From assembly GCA_951406725.2 (NCBI GenBank), contig OX597815.1, forward strand, positions 8,494,001-8,558,000: DNA of 64,000 nt. The letters are read 5' to 3'. The translations under genes and the position numbers were made by a program. This document shows positions 24,011 to 35,644 of the stretch, in pieces; position 1 is the first letter of the stretch; the number at the start of each line of letters is the position of its first letter. Source of the DNA: Octopus vulgaris. Taxonomy: Eukaryota. The notes under the pieces are model-generated. The model did not search any database. It saw nothing but the letters and a program-made list of their open reading frames with translations, and was not told the origin of the DNA.

Positions 24011-24395
24011 TAGTAGTATCGCCCGGCGTTGCTCGGGTTTGTAAGGGAAATAACTATACAGTATTTTTGGAGAGTTATAGCCAAAAAATAGCAAAAAAAT
24101 GCATTAAAAATGGAAAAAATATGATGTTAAATTTTTTAAAAAATCGTTGACTCATCGTAGACATTTTTAGAGAGTTACTTCCCTTTAAAAAAATATGCAT
24201 TAAAATGGAAAAAATGATGGTAAATTATTTTAAAAATCGTAGACTCATCGTAGACGCGCGCTAATACCCAGAAGGGCTCGATATGAATATAAGATACCCG
24301 GTTTTGGTTAAACTGCACCGCAAAATGTGGGAGTAGTTAGGAATCTAAATCGAAGGGGACAGACACTCACACAACTACAGTTTTATATATATAGA
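24010..24395 (-). mobile_element. Non-autonomous Helitron
   Basis: Same termini and body as 21700-22099. Confidence 0.88.
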
Positions 24396-24400
24396 TATAT

Positions 24401-24731
24401 TGTAGTGAAAAGGGTACTCCTCTTCCCACGTGAATAAGTGGTATGAACCAGCCACGATAAAGTCAGACAGTTGTTGTAGGAGGTCATTAGTAGTAGAGTC
24501 ATTGTACGAGTTCTCAGTTGGAGTCAGTGTCAGTTACGTGATATATACGAGTTCGAATTACCGCCGAGGTAGACGTTTCAAGGTCATTGTCTCGCGGAAC
24601 TATCAGCGATAGCACAGTAGACGAGTCACAGATAATAAAATGCGGAATATCGCCTTGATATAATAGTGGTGACAAGAATATTACAGTGCCGACAATAACA
24701 TACAAGTGGACGAGGATCTCACATTATAACA
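24401..24731 (+). repeat. 5' LTR
   Basis: TG...CA, direct repeat of 27350-27798 but about 118 bp shorter. Confidence 0.9.
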
Positions 24732-24732
24732 A

Positions 24733-24745
24733 TGGCGACGAGGAT
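24733..24745 (+). promoter_or_regulatory. Primer-binding site, complementary to tRNA-Ser(GCT) 3' end
   Basis: TGGCGACGAGGAT one base after the LTR; metazoan tRNA-Ser(GCT) ends AUCCUCGUCG-CCA (recalled, not searched). Confidence 0.8.
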
Positions 24746-24748
24746 ATA

Positions 24749-25267
24749 CCGTAAATCCTCGAGTATAGTCCGCCGTTGAGTATAATACGCAGGGGATTTT
24801 TAGGGGGCTGTACCTCTGAAAAACCTAAACCTTGTGCATAATACGCACGCACCCCTTCTCTAACTTGAGTCGCGCGTAATTAAACCAGCAGCACCTAGTC
24901 GAACAAACACTTCCGCGCATGCGTAATACAATAATGGGGATGTTCTTAACTGTTATATGGGAATGTAAATATGTTTGCAAATTGTTACATGTTATTCTGT
25001 GTTCTGAATACTTTTATTTTAATAAATGTTGCTTACTGCAAGTTATGGATGATTCTTTTATGACTTCATTGGTTTCAGGCTTAGCTTAAAGTATTTTCGC
25101 GCCTGACATCACAAAATGCGTCTGAATAAACATTGCCGGACAGCAAATAGAGACTCGGACATTGCTTAGAAAATAATTTTCATTTTTAACCTCGTATATA
25201 GTACGCAATAGGGATTTTGACCTTCAAATTTTGGGGAAAAATGCGGATTATACTTGAGGATTTACGG
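24749..25267. mobile_element. Tc1/mariner-superfamily MITE (CCGTA termini) nested in the Gypsy leader
   Basis: TA|CCGTAAATCCTCGAGTATA ... TATACTTGAGGATTTACGG|TA; near-identical to 16365-16886. Confidence 0.9.
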
Positions 25268-26144
25268 TAAACAATTCATGCGGACAACGTTGAAAAAACA
25301 ATTCAGGCGGTTACTTTGAACATTTTTTCACGTGTAGAAATTAAAAACTCGACAGAGGAGTAACAAACATTTTTGTTATACATATTTTACGAAAAATCCG
25401 TAAAATTATGGAAAATTTGTTAGAAGGTCTAGCTGAGTTGCAAAAACAGCAACAACAACAACTCAAAGAACAACAAGAACAACAACAAATGTTACAGCAA
25501 CAAATACTACAGCTAATGAAGTTGGTAACAAAACCAGAAAATACGTTTTCACCAGATCATGAAGCGAATTCAATAAATGATTTAAATATGATCCTTCGAG
25601 GCATATTACCAAAGATTTGAACAAATTTGCGAAAAAGAATGCCAAGACTGGATGGACGAAATGAAAACACGTCTAATTCTGAGGAAACTGGCGACGATAG
25701 AGCATGAGAAATACTGTGACTTTATATTGCCTAAAAAAAGTTTCTGACATAAATTTTACGGACACAATTGACATTTTATGTAAGACGTTCAACATCGTTG
25801 TTCAACACACGTTGGAGGTGTTTGAACACTCAGAAAAGCGATGACGAAGATTTTACCAGATATGCGGGTAGAGTGAACAGGGAGTACGAGAGATTTAAAC
25901 TGGATAAACTAACTCCAGACTCGTTCAAGTGCCTGATTTTTGCTCAGGGACTTACTGCTAAAAAGGACGCAGAAGTCAGAACGGAAATTCTCGTAAAACT
26001 GGAAGTAGACCAGGATATAACTCTCCAGAAACTGCCACAAGAGTGCGATATGATATTAAAAGAGAGGCACGACACAGAAGAGATTCAACGATATACAACA
26101 GGAGATAAACCAATGTATGCCATGCGGTGGTAGGCACCTGAGAA

Positions 26145-26325
26145 GCGTAGCCGTATTTCGTCTGCTGTTACATTCTGAGTTCAAATTCCGCAGAGGTCGA
26201 CTTTGCTTTTCAGCCTTTCGGGGTCGTACCAGTTACGCACTGGTGTTGGTGTAATCAACTTAATCCGTTTGTCTGTCCTTGTTTGTCCCCTCTATGTTTA
26301 GCCCCTTGTGGATAGTAAAGAAATA
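26145..26325 (+). mobile_element. Meta-domain SINE (family B), 5'-truncated, inside gag
   Basis: Family B body; imperfect 16-bp TSD GGTAGGCACCTGAGAA / GGTAGGCCCCCGAGAA. Confidence 0.85.
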
Positions 26326-27349
26326 GGTAGGCCCCCGAGAAAAGAGTGTTCGTTCAAAAGTGCAAAGTGTTTTCCTTGTGGGAACACAGGACACATTAAA
26401 CCGCACTTCAGAACTAAGATAACGAAGAATTGGACCAAACGTGAAAAAATAAAGTTTGTCATTAGAGAAAAAAGTTTGTACAACGAACAGAAAATTCAAG
26501 GTGAGAATCGAAACCACAAGTGTCAAAATACAATTAGACACGGTTAATGACATCACTATCATAAATGAAAAAACATGGAGACAAATCGGTAAACCGAAAT
26601 TATTTAAACCTAATAAAGTAGCATTTGGTGTTATAGGAAAGAAAGTATATTTCATCGGTGAATGTATTTGCAATGTAAGTTTTCGAGGTGAACCGAAAAG
26701 GACAATCATTTATGTGCTGAAAGAAATCACTAAATCAATTTGGCACAGAATGCATAGAGTTATTTAAAACGTGGGATACCCCCATTAGTGTTCTCTGTGA
26801 AAATGTAGTCGGCACGGATAAAAGTTCGAATGCAGTCGAACGACTGTGACAAAAAGAAATTTAAATTGTTTCCAAATGTTTTTTTGGAAGGATTAGGCTG
26901 TTGCACTAAAACAAAAACAAGGATCACGGTAAAAGAAAAGGCAACAGCTTTTTTCAGGCCCAAACGGAACATACCATTTGCGGCGTCGGACCAGGTCAAT
27001 AAAGAGATTGAAAGACTAGAAAGTCTAGCTGTAATTGAAAATGTCGATCATTCAGACTGGGCACCTCCGACGGTTTAGGTAAAGAAAAAAAACAAAGAGT
27101 GTATGTGGACTTTTCAACTGGATTAAATGACTGTTTAGTGGAACACAACTTTCCATTACAAAACCCAGAAGAAGTGTGATCAAAACTAAATGGCGGAAAA
27201 ATTTTCTCGAGGTTAAATCTCTCGGAGGCCTATCTATAGCTACAAGTAGGAAAGATTTTTTCTAAAAATGCTAAAATGGGAGGCGGGGTGAATAAAGTAA
27301 AATAAAATTACTTGCTTCCCAAAGAAAAAGAAATAATTAAAATGGGAGA

Positions 27350-27798
27350 TGTAGCGAAAAGGGTACTCCCCTCCTCACGTGACAAAGTGGTATGAACCAG
27401 CCACGATAAAGTCAGAAAGTCAGTCGTTGTGGGAGGTCAGTAGTAGTAGAGTCATTGTATGAGTTCTTAGTTGGAGTCAGTGTCAGTTACGTGTTATAGT
27501 CGAGTTCGAGTTACCGTCGAGGTAGACGATTCAAAGTCATTGTCTTGTGGAGCTATCAGCGATAGCACAGTAGACGAGTGAAAGATAATAAGAAGCGGAA
27601 TCGCGGAATACCTCCACAACAACGCAAACATAATAGTGGCGACAAGACTATTACAGTACTGACATCATTCCATGCATTTCGTATGCAAGCCGGCGGGGCT
27701 CGCTCTGAGCACTCTAATTTTTTCACAGTGAACGTACCGGCCGCCTCGGACACTCGGACACTATAACGTACAAGTGGACTTGGATCCACATTATAACA
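27350..27798 (+). repeat. 3' LTR
   Basis: TGTAGCGAAAAGGGTACTCC...CACATTATAACA, preceded by AAAATGGGAGA. Confidence 0.9.
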
Positions 27799-27881
27799 AT
27801 GTGTGTGTGTGTGTATGTACACACACACACACACACACACACAATTTAGATACGAGATACTATTAGTTTTATGCTGTGAAA

Positions 27882-28276
27882 TCTTTATATATAAAAGTGA
27901 GGTTGTGTGCTGTCTGTCCCCTTCGATTTAGATTCTTAACTACTCCCACATTTTGCGGTGCAGTTTAACCAAAACCGGGTATCTTACAGTGGTGATTCAT
28001 ATCGAGCCCTTCTGGGTATTAGCGCGCGTCTACGATGAGTCTACGATTTTTAAAAAAAATTACCATCAATTTTTCCCATTTTTAATGCATTTTTGGCATA
28101 TATAAGGGAAGTAACTCTCTAAAAATGTATTATTAAATCTCAGAACGTAAAAAGCTACAGTAACACCCCCCTTTGTGGTTAGCCATATTGAGGTGGCTAT
28201 TATACTTTACATCTCTAAAAATGCTTATATAATTATTTCCCTTACAAACCCGAGCAACGCCGGGCGATACTGCTAG
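27882..28276 (+). mobile_element. Non-autonomous Helitron (second subfamily)
   Basis: A|TCTTTATATATAAAAG ... CCCGAGCAACGCCGGGCGATACTGCTAG|T. Confidence 0.9.
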
Positions 28277-28589
28277 TCTTATATACATTCTTGTATAGCA
28301 TGTCGTGTCTTTCCAAGCAATCTTTCAGACTTAAATACACAGCATGGTTGATCTTATTTGCAAAAACAGTAAAGGACGCTGGTCTTTGAAAAAAAACAAC
28401 AACAACCCAAAACAACAACAAAGACAACTAAAGAAAAGAAAAGAAAAAAAGCTTGTCTTTCAGAAAACACAATAAATTACGAGGGAAGTTAAAAGAAAAA
28501 AAAAAAAAGAAAAGGAAATGAGAATAAGAAAGATGTCCGTTTGACCAGTTCGAATCAAAATTAATATGTAAATGAATTCAGCAAGGAGA

Positions 28590-28790
28590 TGATCAAAGTT
28601 TGTGAGATCGCATGCTTCATCCGGAGAGGGTTGTGTTTTCCAGTTTAATAAAAGAAACTTCTCCAGATGCTTATATTTAATGAAAATTTCACTCCTGGAA
28701 TTTAATAGATCAGCGGAGTTTAAAAAAAGACCGGTCATTTTGTATATGTAAGTCTGCAAGATGGCTTGGAAACACACGGTGCGTTATACA
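28590..28790 (-). mobile_element. Penelope-like element, GIY-YIG C-terminal remnant
   Basis: LLNSRSEIFIKYKHLEKFLL resembles the LLNxRSExxxKCRHxxKFLL terminus of PLE ORFs, followed by a decayed hammerhead-like CGGATGA...CAAAC. Confidence 0.55.
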
Positions 28791-28863
28791 AGTTTATCAG
28801 ATTATCGTGTTTTCACAGTGTGAGCATGATAGGAGCTCTAATTTAAATACTGTGTATATTAAA

Positions 28864-29257
28864 CTAGCAGTATCGCCCGGCGTTGCTCGGGTTTGTAAGG
28901 GAAATAACTATATAAGCATTTTTAGAGATGTTAAGTATAATAGCCATCTCAATATGGCTAACCACAAAGCGGGGTGTTACTGTAGCTTTTTACGTTCTGA
29001 GATTTAATAATACATTTTTAGAGAGTTACTTCCCTTATATAATAGCAAAAAATGCATTAAAAATGGGAAAAAATGATGGTAAATTATTTTTTGAATCGTA
29101 GACTCATCGTAGACGCGCGCTAATACCCAGAAGGGCTCGATATGAATCACGACTATAAGATACCCGCTTTTGGTTACACTGCACCGCAAAATGTGGGAGT
29201 AGTTAGGAATCTAAATCGTAGGAGACAGACACACAACTTCACTTTTATAAATAAAGA
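28864..29257 (-). mobile_element. Non-autonomous Helitron (second subfamily)
   Basis: Same termini; carries the GCCATCTCAATATGGC internal block. Confidence 0.88.
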
Positions 29258-29667
29258 TGATATTTATCTCCTACTGGATGGAGTACTTTTTCTGTTGATC
29301 CTACCAAAAACGAAACAGTACATTATATACATACATATTTTCCTGCTAGGACATAGCAACTGCATCTGGTATTCGCAATCTTCTGCTAGATCATTTCTGT
29401 ACTTTAATCGATATAAATCACAGGTTTTAAGGAAAATTGCAGACAATGTTCTTAAGCTGACTTCTGTGTATGACCCATAAGCCTCTGACATGGCTGTTAT
29501 CTAATGACTATCATCCAGTAGCCATTCCTAATCTGAAATATGCTTCTCTATAAGAAGGTCGAGAAAGAATGTGGGACCACATATTTCATGAAGAAACAGC
29601 CTTAAGTAATAGCATTCTTGCTGAGTTGGATGCACTGTATAAACCCTTCCCCTTACATATATATATA

Positions 29668-30067
29668 TATATATATATAAAAGTCAAGTTGTGTGTCTGT
29701 CTCCTACGATTTAGATTCCTAACTACTCCCACATTTTGCGGTGCAGTTTAACCAAAACCGGATATCTTATAGTCGTGATTTATATCGAGCCCTTCTGGGT
29801 ATTAGCGTGCGTCTACGATGAGTCTACGATTTTAAAAATAATTTACCATCATTTTTTTCCATTTTAATGCATTTTTTCGCTATTATATAAGGGAAGTAAC
29901 TCTCTAAAAATGTCTACGATGAGTCAACGATTTAAAAAAAAATTTACCATAATTTTTTTTCCATTTTTAATGCATTTTTTTTGCTATTATTTTGGCTATA
30001 ACTCTCTAAAAATGCTTATATAGTTATTTCCCTTACAAACCCGAGCAACGCCGGGCGATACTGCTAG
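29668..30067 (+). mobile_element. Non-autonomous Helitron
   Basis: 5' end merged into (TA)n; ends hairpin + CTGCTAG|T. Confidence 0.87.
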
Positions 30068-30343
30068 TTTATTATATTTTTAAAAGGAAAACGGTAACAG
30101 CAATTCTGAAATTCGGCTTGTTTAACCTTCGTCAGACGATGGTGCATTAGAGATCATCTTGGCTTTATAAAGTGCTTGGTAGGTTTTTTTTTTGTCTGGG
30201 GGTAGGTGGAACTATGCTGAATGATAATTACACTGTAGGGTAAGTTCTGATGGAGAGATATTATAGAAGGTTGCGAAATTATGTGTATGTGCGCGCATTA
30301 TTTATGCAATATTATGAATTTAATCCCTTAATAGCCATGTCCA

Positions 30344-30696
30344 GTTCTGAGTTCAAATTCCGCCGAGGTCGACTTTGCCTTTCTTTCATCCTTTCGGGGT
30401 CGATTAAATAAGTATCATTTACGCACTGGGGTCGATGTAATCGACTTAATCCGTTTGTCTGTCCTTGTTTGATCCCTCTGTGTTTAGCCCCTTGTGGGTA
30501 GTAAAGAAAGAGGTATTTCGTCTCCCGCTACGTTCTGAGTTCAAATTCCGCCGAGGTCGACTTTGCCTTTCATCCTTTCGGGGTCGATTAAATAAGTACC
30601 ATTTACGTACTGGGGTCGATGTAATCGACTTAATCCGTTTGTCTGTCCTTGTTTGTCCCCTCTGTGTTTAACCCCTTGTGGGTAGTAAAGAAATAA
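30344..30696 (+). mobile_element. Meta-domain SINE (family B), 5'-truncated dimer
   Basis: Two family B units joined at AAAGAAAGA|GGTATTTCGTC. Confidence 0.87.
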
Positions 30697-30867
30697 GTTA
30701 ATTTACCTTTTTACATTCGAAAGTGCCTTCAACATGAAATCGTTCCATAACATGAATTGGCTGTTATGAGACTAAATTTGTAATATATTGTATAAAGAAT
30801 ATATTACTCAGTTACCTAATATACGAGTGCCTAGCAAACGTTTTTGCCAACTACATACAAACATACA

Positions 30868-31205
30868 TAGATGATGGCTGCCCCCCTCGTTATCGAGTAT
30901 GGCCATTGCACGAAGCTTAACTGTTACTGGTGCTGTGATCGAATGTGACTTTTTAGCCCAGCTAAAGATCTACAATGTCTTGTACAAAGTTGGCAGCTAA
31001 AACCTTTACTGGCAATAGCCGGCTGTAGTTGTAACTGGGCTTCATGTACCTTTGCATGTCGCTTAAGTCCTCCTGCCGAATTACACTCTTTTCTACATAC
31101 CCGACAGATGTGATTAGTATGGTGTGTTACACCACCACCAGTGGCCAGGTTGTCACTCATCTGTCTCGTTTTATGACTACGAAGATGACTCTTGAGTCCA
31201 GCTTT
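30868..31205 (-). mobile_element. RTE/BovB-like LINE 3' end encoding tandem C2H2 zinc fingers
   Basis: KAGLKSHLRSH, CRVCRKECNSAGGLKRHAKVH, CQLCTRHCRSLAGLKSHIRSQH* then short 3'UTR ATGGCCATACTCGATAACGAGGGGGGCAGCCATCAT and microsatellite tail. Confidence 0.7.
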
Positions 31206-31385
31206 ACATACACACACATACATACATACATACATACATGCATACATACACACATACATACATACATACATACATACATACATACATACATACATACACA
31301 CATACATACATACATACATACATACATACATACATACATACATACATACATACATACATACATACATACATACATACGCATACAC
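31206..31385. repeat. (TACA)n microsatellite
   Basis: Tetranucleotide run. Confidence 0.97.
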
Positions 31386-31939
31386 TCACACGTGCATACA
31401 GCTGAGTTTCATCAATTCAATATCCAGCAGCCCGGCATCAGATTAAAAATTTTTCTCAAGCCTGTTCACAAGCCGCCGAGGTTATTCCATTATTGTCTGC
31501 ACTCAAAGTTAAAGAGAACGGTCGCTATCGCCTAAATGTTTTATATCTACCTTTATCTTTTTATATATATTTTTCACTCACCCATAAGTGAAAATGTCTT
31601 CCTGTGTTAATGAGAGCAATCAATTCGGGGAAAGGTGTGAAAGGAAATCATGTAACTCTCTCAGACTGCACCTGGAAATCGAAGATATACAGTGTTTGAA
31701 ACGAGGTAAAAACCAGATTGCCATTGTATACGACTCTATAACATAATACTTTCTTGAACAATTTATAACACTAAGAAACTGAAGGACAAGTTAATGTAAT
31801 TTATGCCTGATACTGAATCATGTAAAGATATTGATGTGCAGCAAATGTTTAAAGAAATAAAACCCACAGAACTCGATACAGAGTTATTTAAGTAATTTAG
31901 TGCAAAAGTGATCCGGGAATGTTCCTATTTTATAATCAA

Positions 31940-32333
31940 CTAGCAGTATCCCCCGGCGTTGCTCGGGTTTGTTAGAGAAATAACTATATAAGCATTTTTA
32001 GAGATGTAAAGTATAATAGCCATCTCAATATGGCTAACCACAAAGGGGTTGGTGTTACTGTAGCTTTTTACGTTCTGAGATTTAATAATAAATTTTTAGA
32101 GAGTTACTTCCCTTATATATGCCAAAAATGCATTAAAAATGGGAACAATTGATGGTAATTTTTTTTAAATCGTAGACTCATCGTAGACGCGCGCTAATAC
32201 CCAGAAGGGCTCGATATGAATCACAACTATAAGATACCCGGTTTTGGTTAAACTGCACCGCAAAATGTGGGAGTAGTTAGGAATCTAAATCGTAGGAGAC
32301 AGACAGCACACATTCCACTTTTATATATAAAGA
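31940..32333 (-). mobile_element. Non-autonomous Helitron (second subfamily)
   Basis: CTAGCAGTATCCCCCGGCGTTGCTCGGG ... TTTTATATATAAAGA. Confidence 0.88.
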
Positions 32334-32642
32334 TTATTATTGAAAACGCCAATTAATTGCTTAAAGATATTGGAACCGTGGAGTTTTGTGTGTTCAGAGG
32401 TTAATTTAGAAATCTTTGAAGTTCTACGTGATATTCGGAATGAGAATTTGTCCGGTAAAAGAAGTCGGCAGATTTTGAAGCTAATGGAGACTACTATTAA
32501 ATATTTAATGACCTGGTTAAGAAAATAAATAAACAAATAAATAAACAAATAAAAATCACGGTTTCACAAGGTGTCAGGTGATGCCCGTGAGAATGCTTGG
32601 CTGTCCCAATGCCTTAGTTTCGCCATCGCCCGTGGTAATACC

Positions 32643-33057
32643 TATTTCTTTACTACCCACAAGGGGCTAAACATAGAGGGGACAAACAAGGACAGACAAA
32701 CGGATTAAGTCGATTATATCGACCCCAGTGCGTAACTGGTACTTATTTTATCAACCCTGAAAGGATGAAAGGCAAAGTCGACCTCAGCGGAATTTGAACT
32801 CAGAACGTAGCGGCAGGCGAAATACCTGTTTCTTTACTACCCACATGGGGCTAAACACAGAGAGGACAAACAAGGACAGACAAACGGATTAAGTCGATTA
32901 CATCGACCCCAGTGCGTAACTGGTACTTATTTAATCGACCCCGAAAGGATGAAAGACAAAGTCGACCTCGGAGGAATTTGAACTCAGAACGTAACGGCAG
33001 ACGAAATACGGCTACGCATTTCGCCCGGCGTGCTAACGTTTCTACCAGCTCGCCGCT
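32643..33057 (-). mobile_element. Meta-domain SINE (family B), dimer
   Basis: Two units; GGTAATACC repeated on both flanks (about 32634-32642 and 33066-33074). Confidence 0.88.
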
Positions 33058-33428
33058 TCTCCTGCGGTAATACCGCGAGTGTGTGGGCTTGCTTCTGTAG
33101 GTTCCATTGAAACCTTGTGCAACCAGTTGAGGTACATGGTGTTCAATTGATGTTTCTTTTTTAATTTTTCTTTCTTTCTTTCTTTCTTCCACTTTTCCTT
33201 TTCGTCTTTTTTTTCTTTCTTCGCTCATGTTTGTGTTTCCTTCGGTTTTGGATTTGCGTTTTAATATGGTTTTGTAGTTTTGAATTATATATGTCTCATA
33301 TACACACGTGTCATATATGTAATAAAATAAAAGCAGTTATTGGTCATTTTTAAGTGTGAGTCCCAGTGCATCGGTATATTTGACAATCTAGTACCATTCG
33401 AGGGTGACAGGTTATGTATGTATGTATG

Positions 33429-34087
33429 GGTGCTATTTTGGCGTGTGATCTACACCTTAAGGGGCAATTACTTTAGGTTACATTTTAGTTTACTTTTCAA
33501 TTTCTAAAATCCCTGAAGATTTTGGCTAAAGATTTTTGCCATGAGATCAGCGAACGACGAGACGAAGGGAGATGCATTTTTACGAAGAAATGGCCTTTTA
33601 GATGATGAAGGAAAGGTTGCATCTTATCATCGTTGTGGTGGAGAAATGAAAAAAGATTCAAGAAAAAAGGGAAAAAACGGTGAAATTTTGCCAATTTTAC
33701 GTTGTAAAACTCGCGGCTGCAAAAGTTTGTGTGACCTACACGCTTATTTTAGTTATTATATTATTTATTGGTTTCTTATTATATATTGGTTTCTTATTAC
33801 TTACTAAGACATAAATGAAACATAATTTTATTATTATTAAAATAGTATGGATTTTGAAAAAATACATTTACGATGCTAAATATGTACAAAAGAATTAATT
33901 AAAAAATTGAATAGCAATTTGATAATAAAGATGACATACAAATTTGAATAATTTTATCGATGAATTGAGCGAACATCTGCTAGAAATGCAAGAACATCTT
34001 AAGGGTTTTTAGAAATTGAAAAGTTAACTAAAAATTAACCTAAAGTAATCGCCCTTTAAGTTGTAGATCACACGCCAAAGTAGCACC
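33429..34087 (+). mobile_element. Internally deleted Merlin-like DNA transposon (family M3) with transposase N-terminus
   Basis: About 52-bp TIRs GGTGCTATTTTGGCGTGTGATCTACA...; 8-bp TSD TATGTATG; ORF from 33541 AFLRRNGLL...HRCGGEM...LRCKTRGC resembles the zinc ribbon of Merlin/IS1595-type transposases. Confidence 0.8.
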
Positions 34088-34201
34088 TATGTATGTATGT
34101 ATGTACGTATGTATGTACGTACGTACGTATGTATGTATGTATGTATGTATGTATGTATGTATGTATGTATGTATGTATGTATGTATGTATGTATGTATGT
34201 A
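34088..34201. repeat. (TATG)n microsatellite
   Basis: Tetranucleotide run; continues at 34617-34760 beyond the SINE. Confidence 0.95.
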
Positions 34202-34203
34202 TA

Positions 34204-34616
34204 GGCGTAGGAGTGGCTGTGTGGTAAGTAGCTTGCTTACCAACCACATGGTTCCGGGTTCAGTTCCACTGCGTGGCACCTTGGGCAAATGTCTTCTACT
34301 ATAGCCTCGGGCCGACCAAAGCCTTGTGAGTGGATTTGGTAGACGGAGACTGAAAGAAGCCCGGTGTATATATGTATATATGTATTTATGTGTGTGTGTA
34401 TACGTTTGTGTGTCTGTGTTTGTCCCCCCAACATCGCTTGAAAACCGATGCTGGTGTGTTACGTCCCCGTAACTTTGCGGTTCGGCAAAACAAACCGATA
34501 GAATAAGTACTAGGCTTACAAAGAATAAGTCCTGGGGTCAATTTGCTCGACTAAAGGCGGTGCCCCAGCATGGCCACAGTCGAACGACTGAAACAAGTAA
34601 AAGAGTAAAAAGAGAG
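34204..34616 (+). mobile_element. CORE-type SINE (family A), full length
   Basis: GGCGTAGGAGTGGCTGTGTGG head to GTAAAAGAG tail. Confidence 0.9.
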
Positions 34617-35025
34617 TATGTATGTATGCAAGTATATACGTACACACGTACTGGCGTGTGTACGTATGGATGTATATGTATGTATGTATGTATGTTTGTA
34701 TGTATGTATGTATGTATGTATGTTTGTATGTATGTATGTATGTATGTATGTATGTTTGTTTTAACTTTTTTTTTAATCTATAAGAATTCTTCCGAGGAGA
34801 AACGAGACAGTTTCTAATAAAGAAACAAAAGCTTCATTACTGGCATTTGGATAACGACGACGATAATTGTTACACATCGGACATTAAAAGAAGTCTCGTA
34901 GATTTGCATTGTTCCGCTTACAGACTGAATCTGTAAAGTTTGTGTTGGCTGGTCTCTTTCTTTCCTGGAAAACCGTTGATTTTCCAGATTACCACTCATT
35001 TAATAACATAGCCATGTGCAAGAAA

Positions 35026-35626
35026 GGCGGCGAGCTGGCAGAGACGTTAGCGCGCCGGGCGAAATGCTTAGCAGTATTTCGTCAGCCGCTACGTTCTGAG
35101 TTCAAATTCCGCCGAGGTCAACTTTGCCTTTCATCCTTTCGGGGTCGATAAATTAAGTACCAGTTACGCACTGGGGTCGATGTAATCGACTTAATACCTA
35201 TGTCTGTCCTTGTTTGTCCCCTCTGTGTTTAGCCCCTTGTGGGTAGTAAAGAAATAGGTATTTCGTCTGCCGTTACGTTCTGAGTTCAAATTCCGCCGAG
35301 GTCAACTTTTTACCTTTCATCCTTTGAGGGTCGATAAATTAAGTACCAGTTACGCACTGGGGTCGATGTAATCGACTTAATCCTTTTGTTTGTCCTTGTT
35401 TATCCCCTCTGTGTTTAGCCCCTTGTGGGTATTAAAGAAATAGGTATATCGTCAGTCGCTACATTCTGAGTTCAAATTCCGCCGAGGTCGACTTTGCCTT
35501 TCATCCTTTGAGGGTCGATAAATTAAGTACCAGTTACGCACTGGGGTCGATGTAATCGACTTAATCCCTTTTGTCTGTCCTTGTTTGTTCCCTCTGTGTG
35601 TAGCCCCTTGTGGGTAGTAAAGAAAT
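35026..35626 (+). mobile_element. Meta-domain SINE (family B), trimer
   Basis: One head plus three body-tail units; imperfect TSD CATAGCCATGTGCAAGA / CATAACCACGTGCAAGA. Confidence 0.9.
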
Positions 35627-35644
35627 CATAACCACGTGCAAGAG

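Larger units (their letters stand above)
24401..27798 (+). mobile_element. Degenerate, internally deleted Gypsy (Ty3) LTR retrotransposon
   Basis: LTRs TGTAG...TAACA at 24401-24731 and 27350-27798; PBS at 24733; purine tract before the 3' LTR; gag-like SLFNTRWRCLN..FKCLIFAQGL, zinc knuckle CFPCGNTGH, protease-like QLDTVNDITII, RT start PKRNIPFA..VDHSDWAPP; no RNase H or integrase; flanks ATAT / ATGT. Confidence 0.92.

Noticed and set aside
30090-30142. Minus-strand hammerhead (CTGACGA...CCGAAT)
   Set aside because: GAAA is mutated and stem I cannot be closed; at most a relic.
35026-35626. CRISPR-like regular repeats
   Set aside because: Units are ~185-bp SINE bodies with no unique spacers and no cas genes; eukaryotic context.
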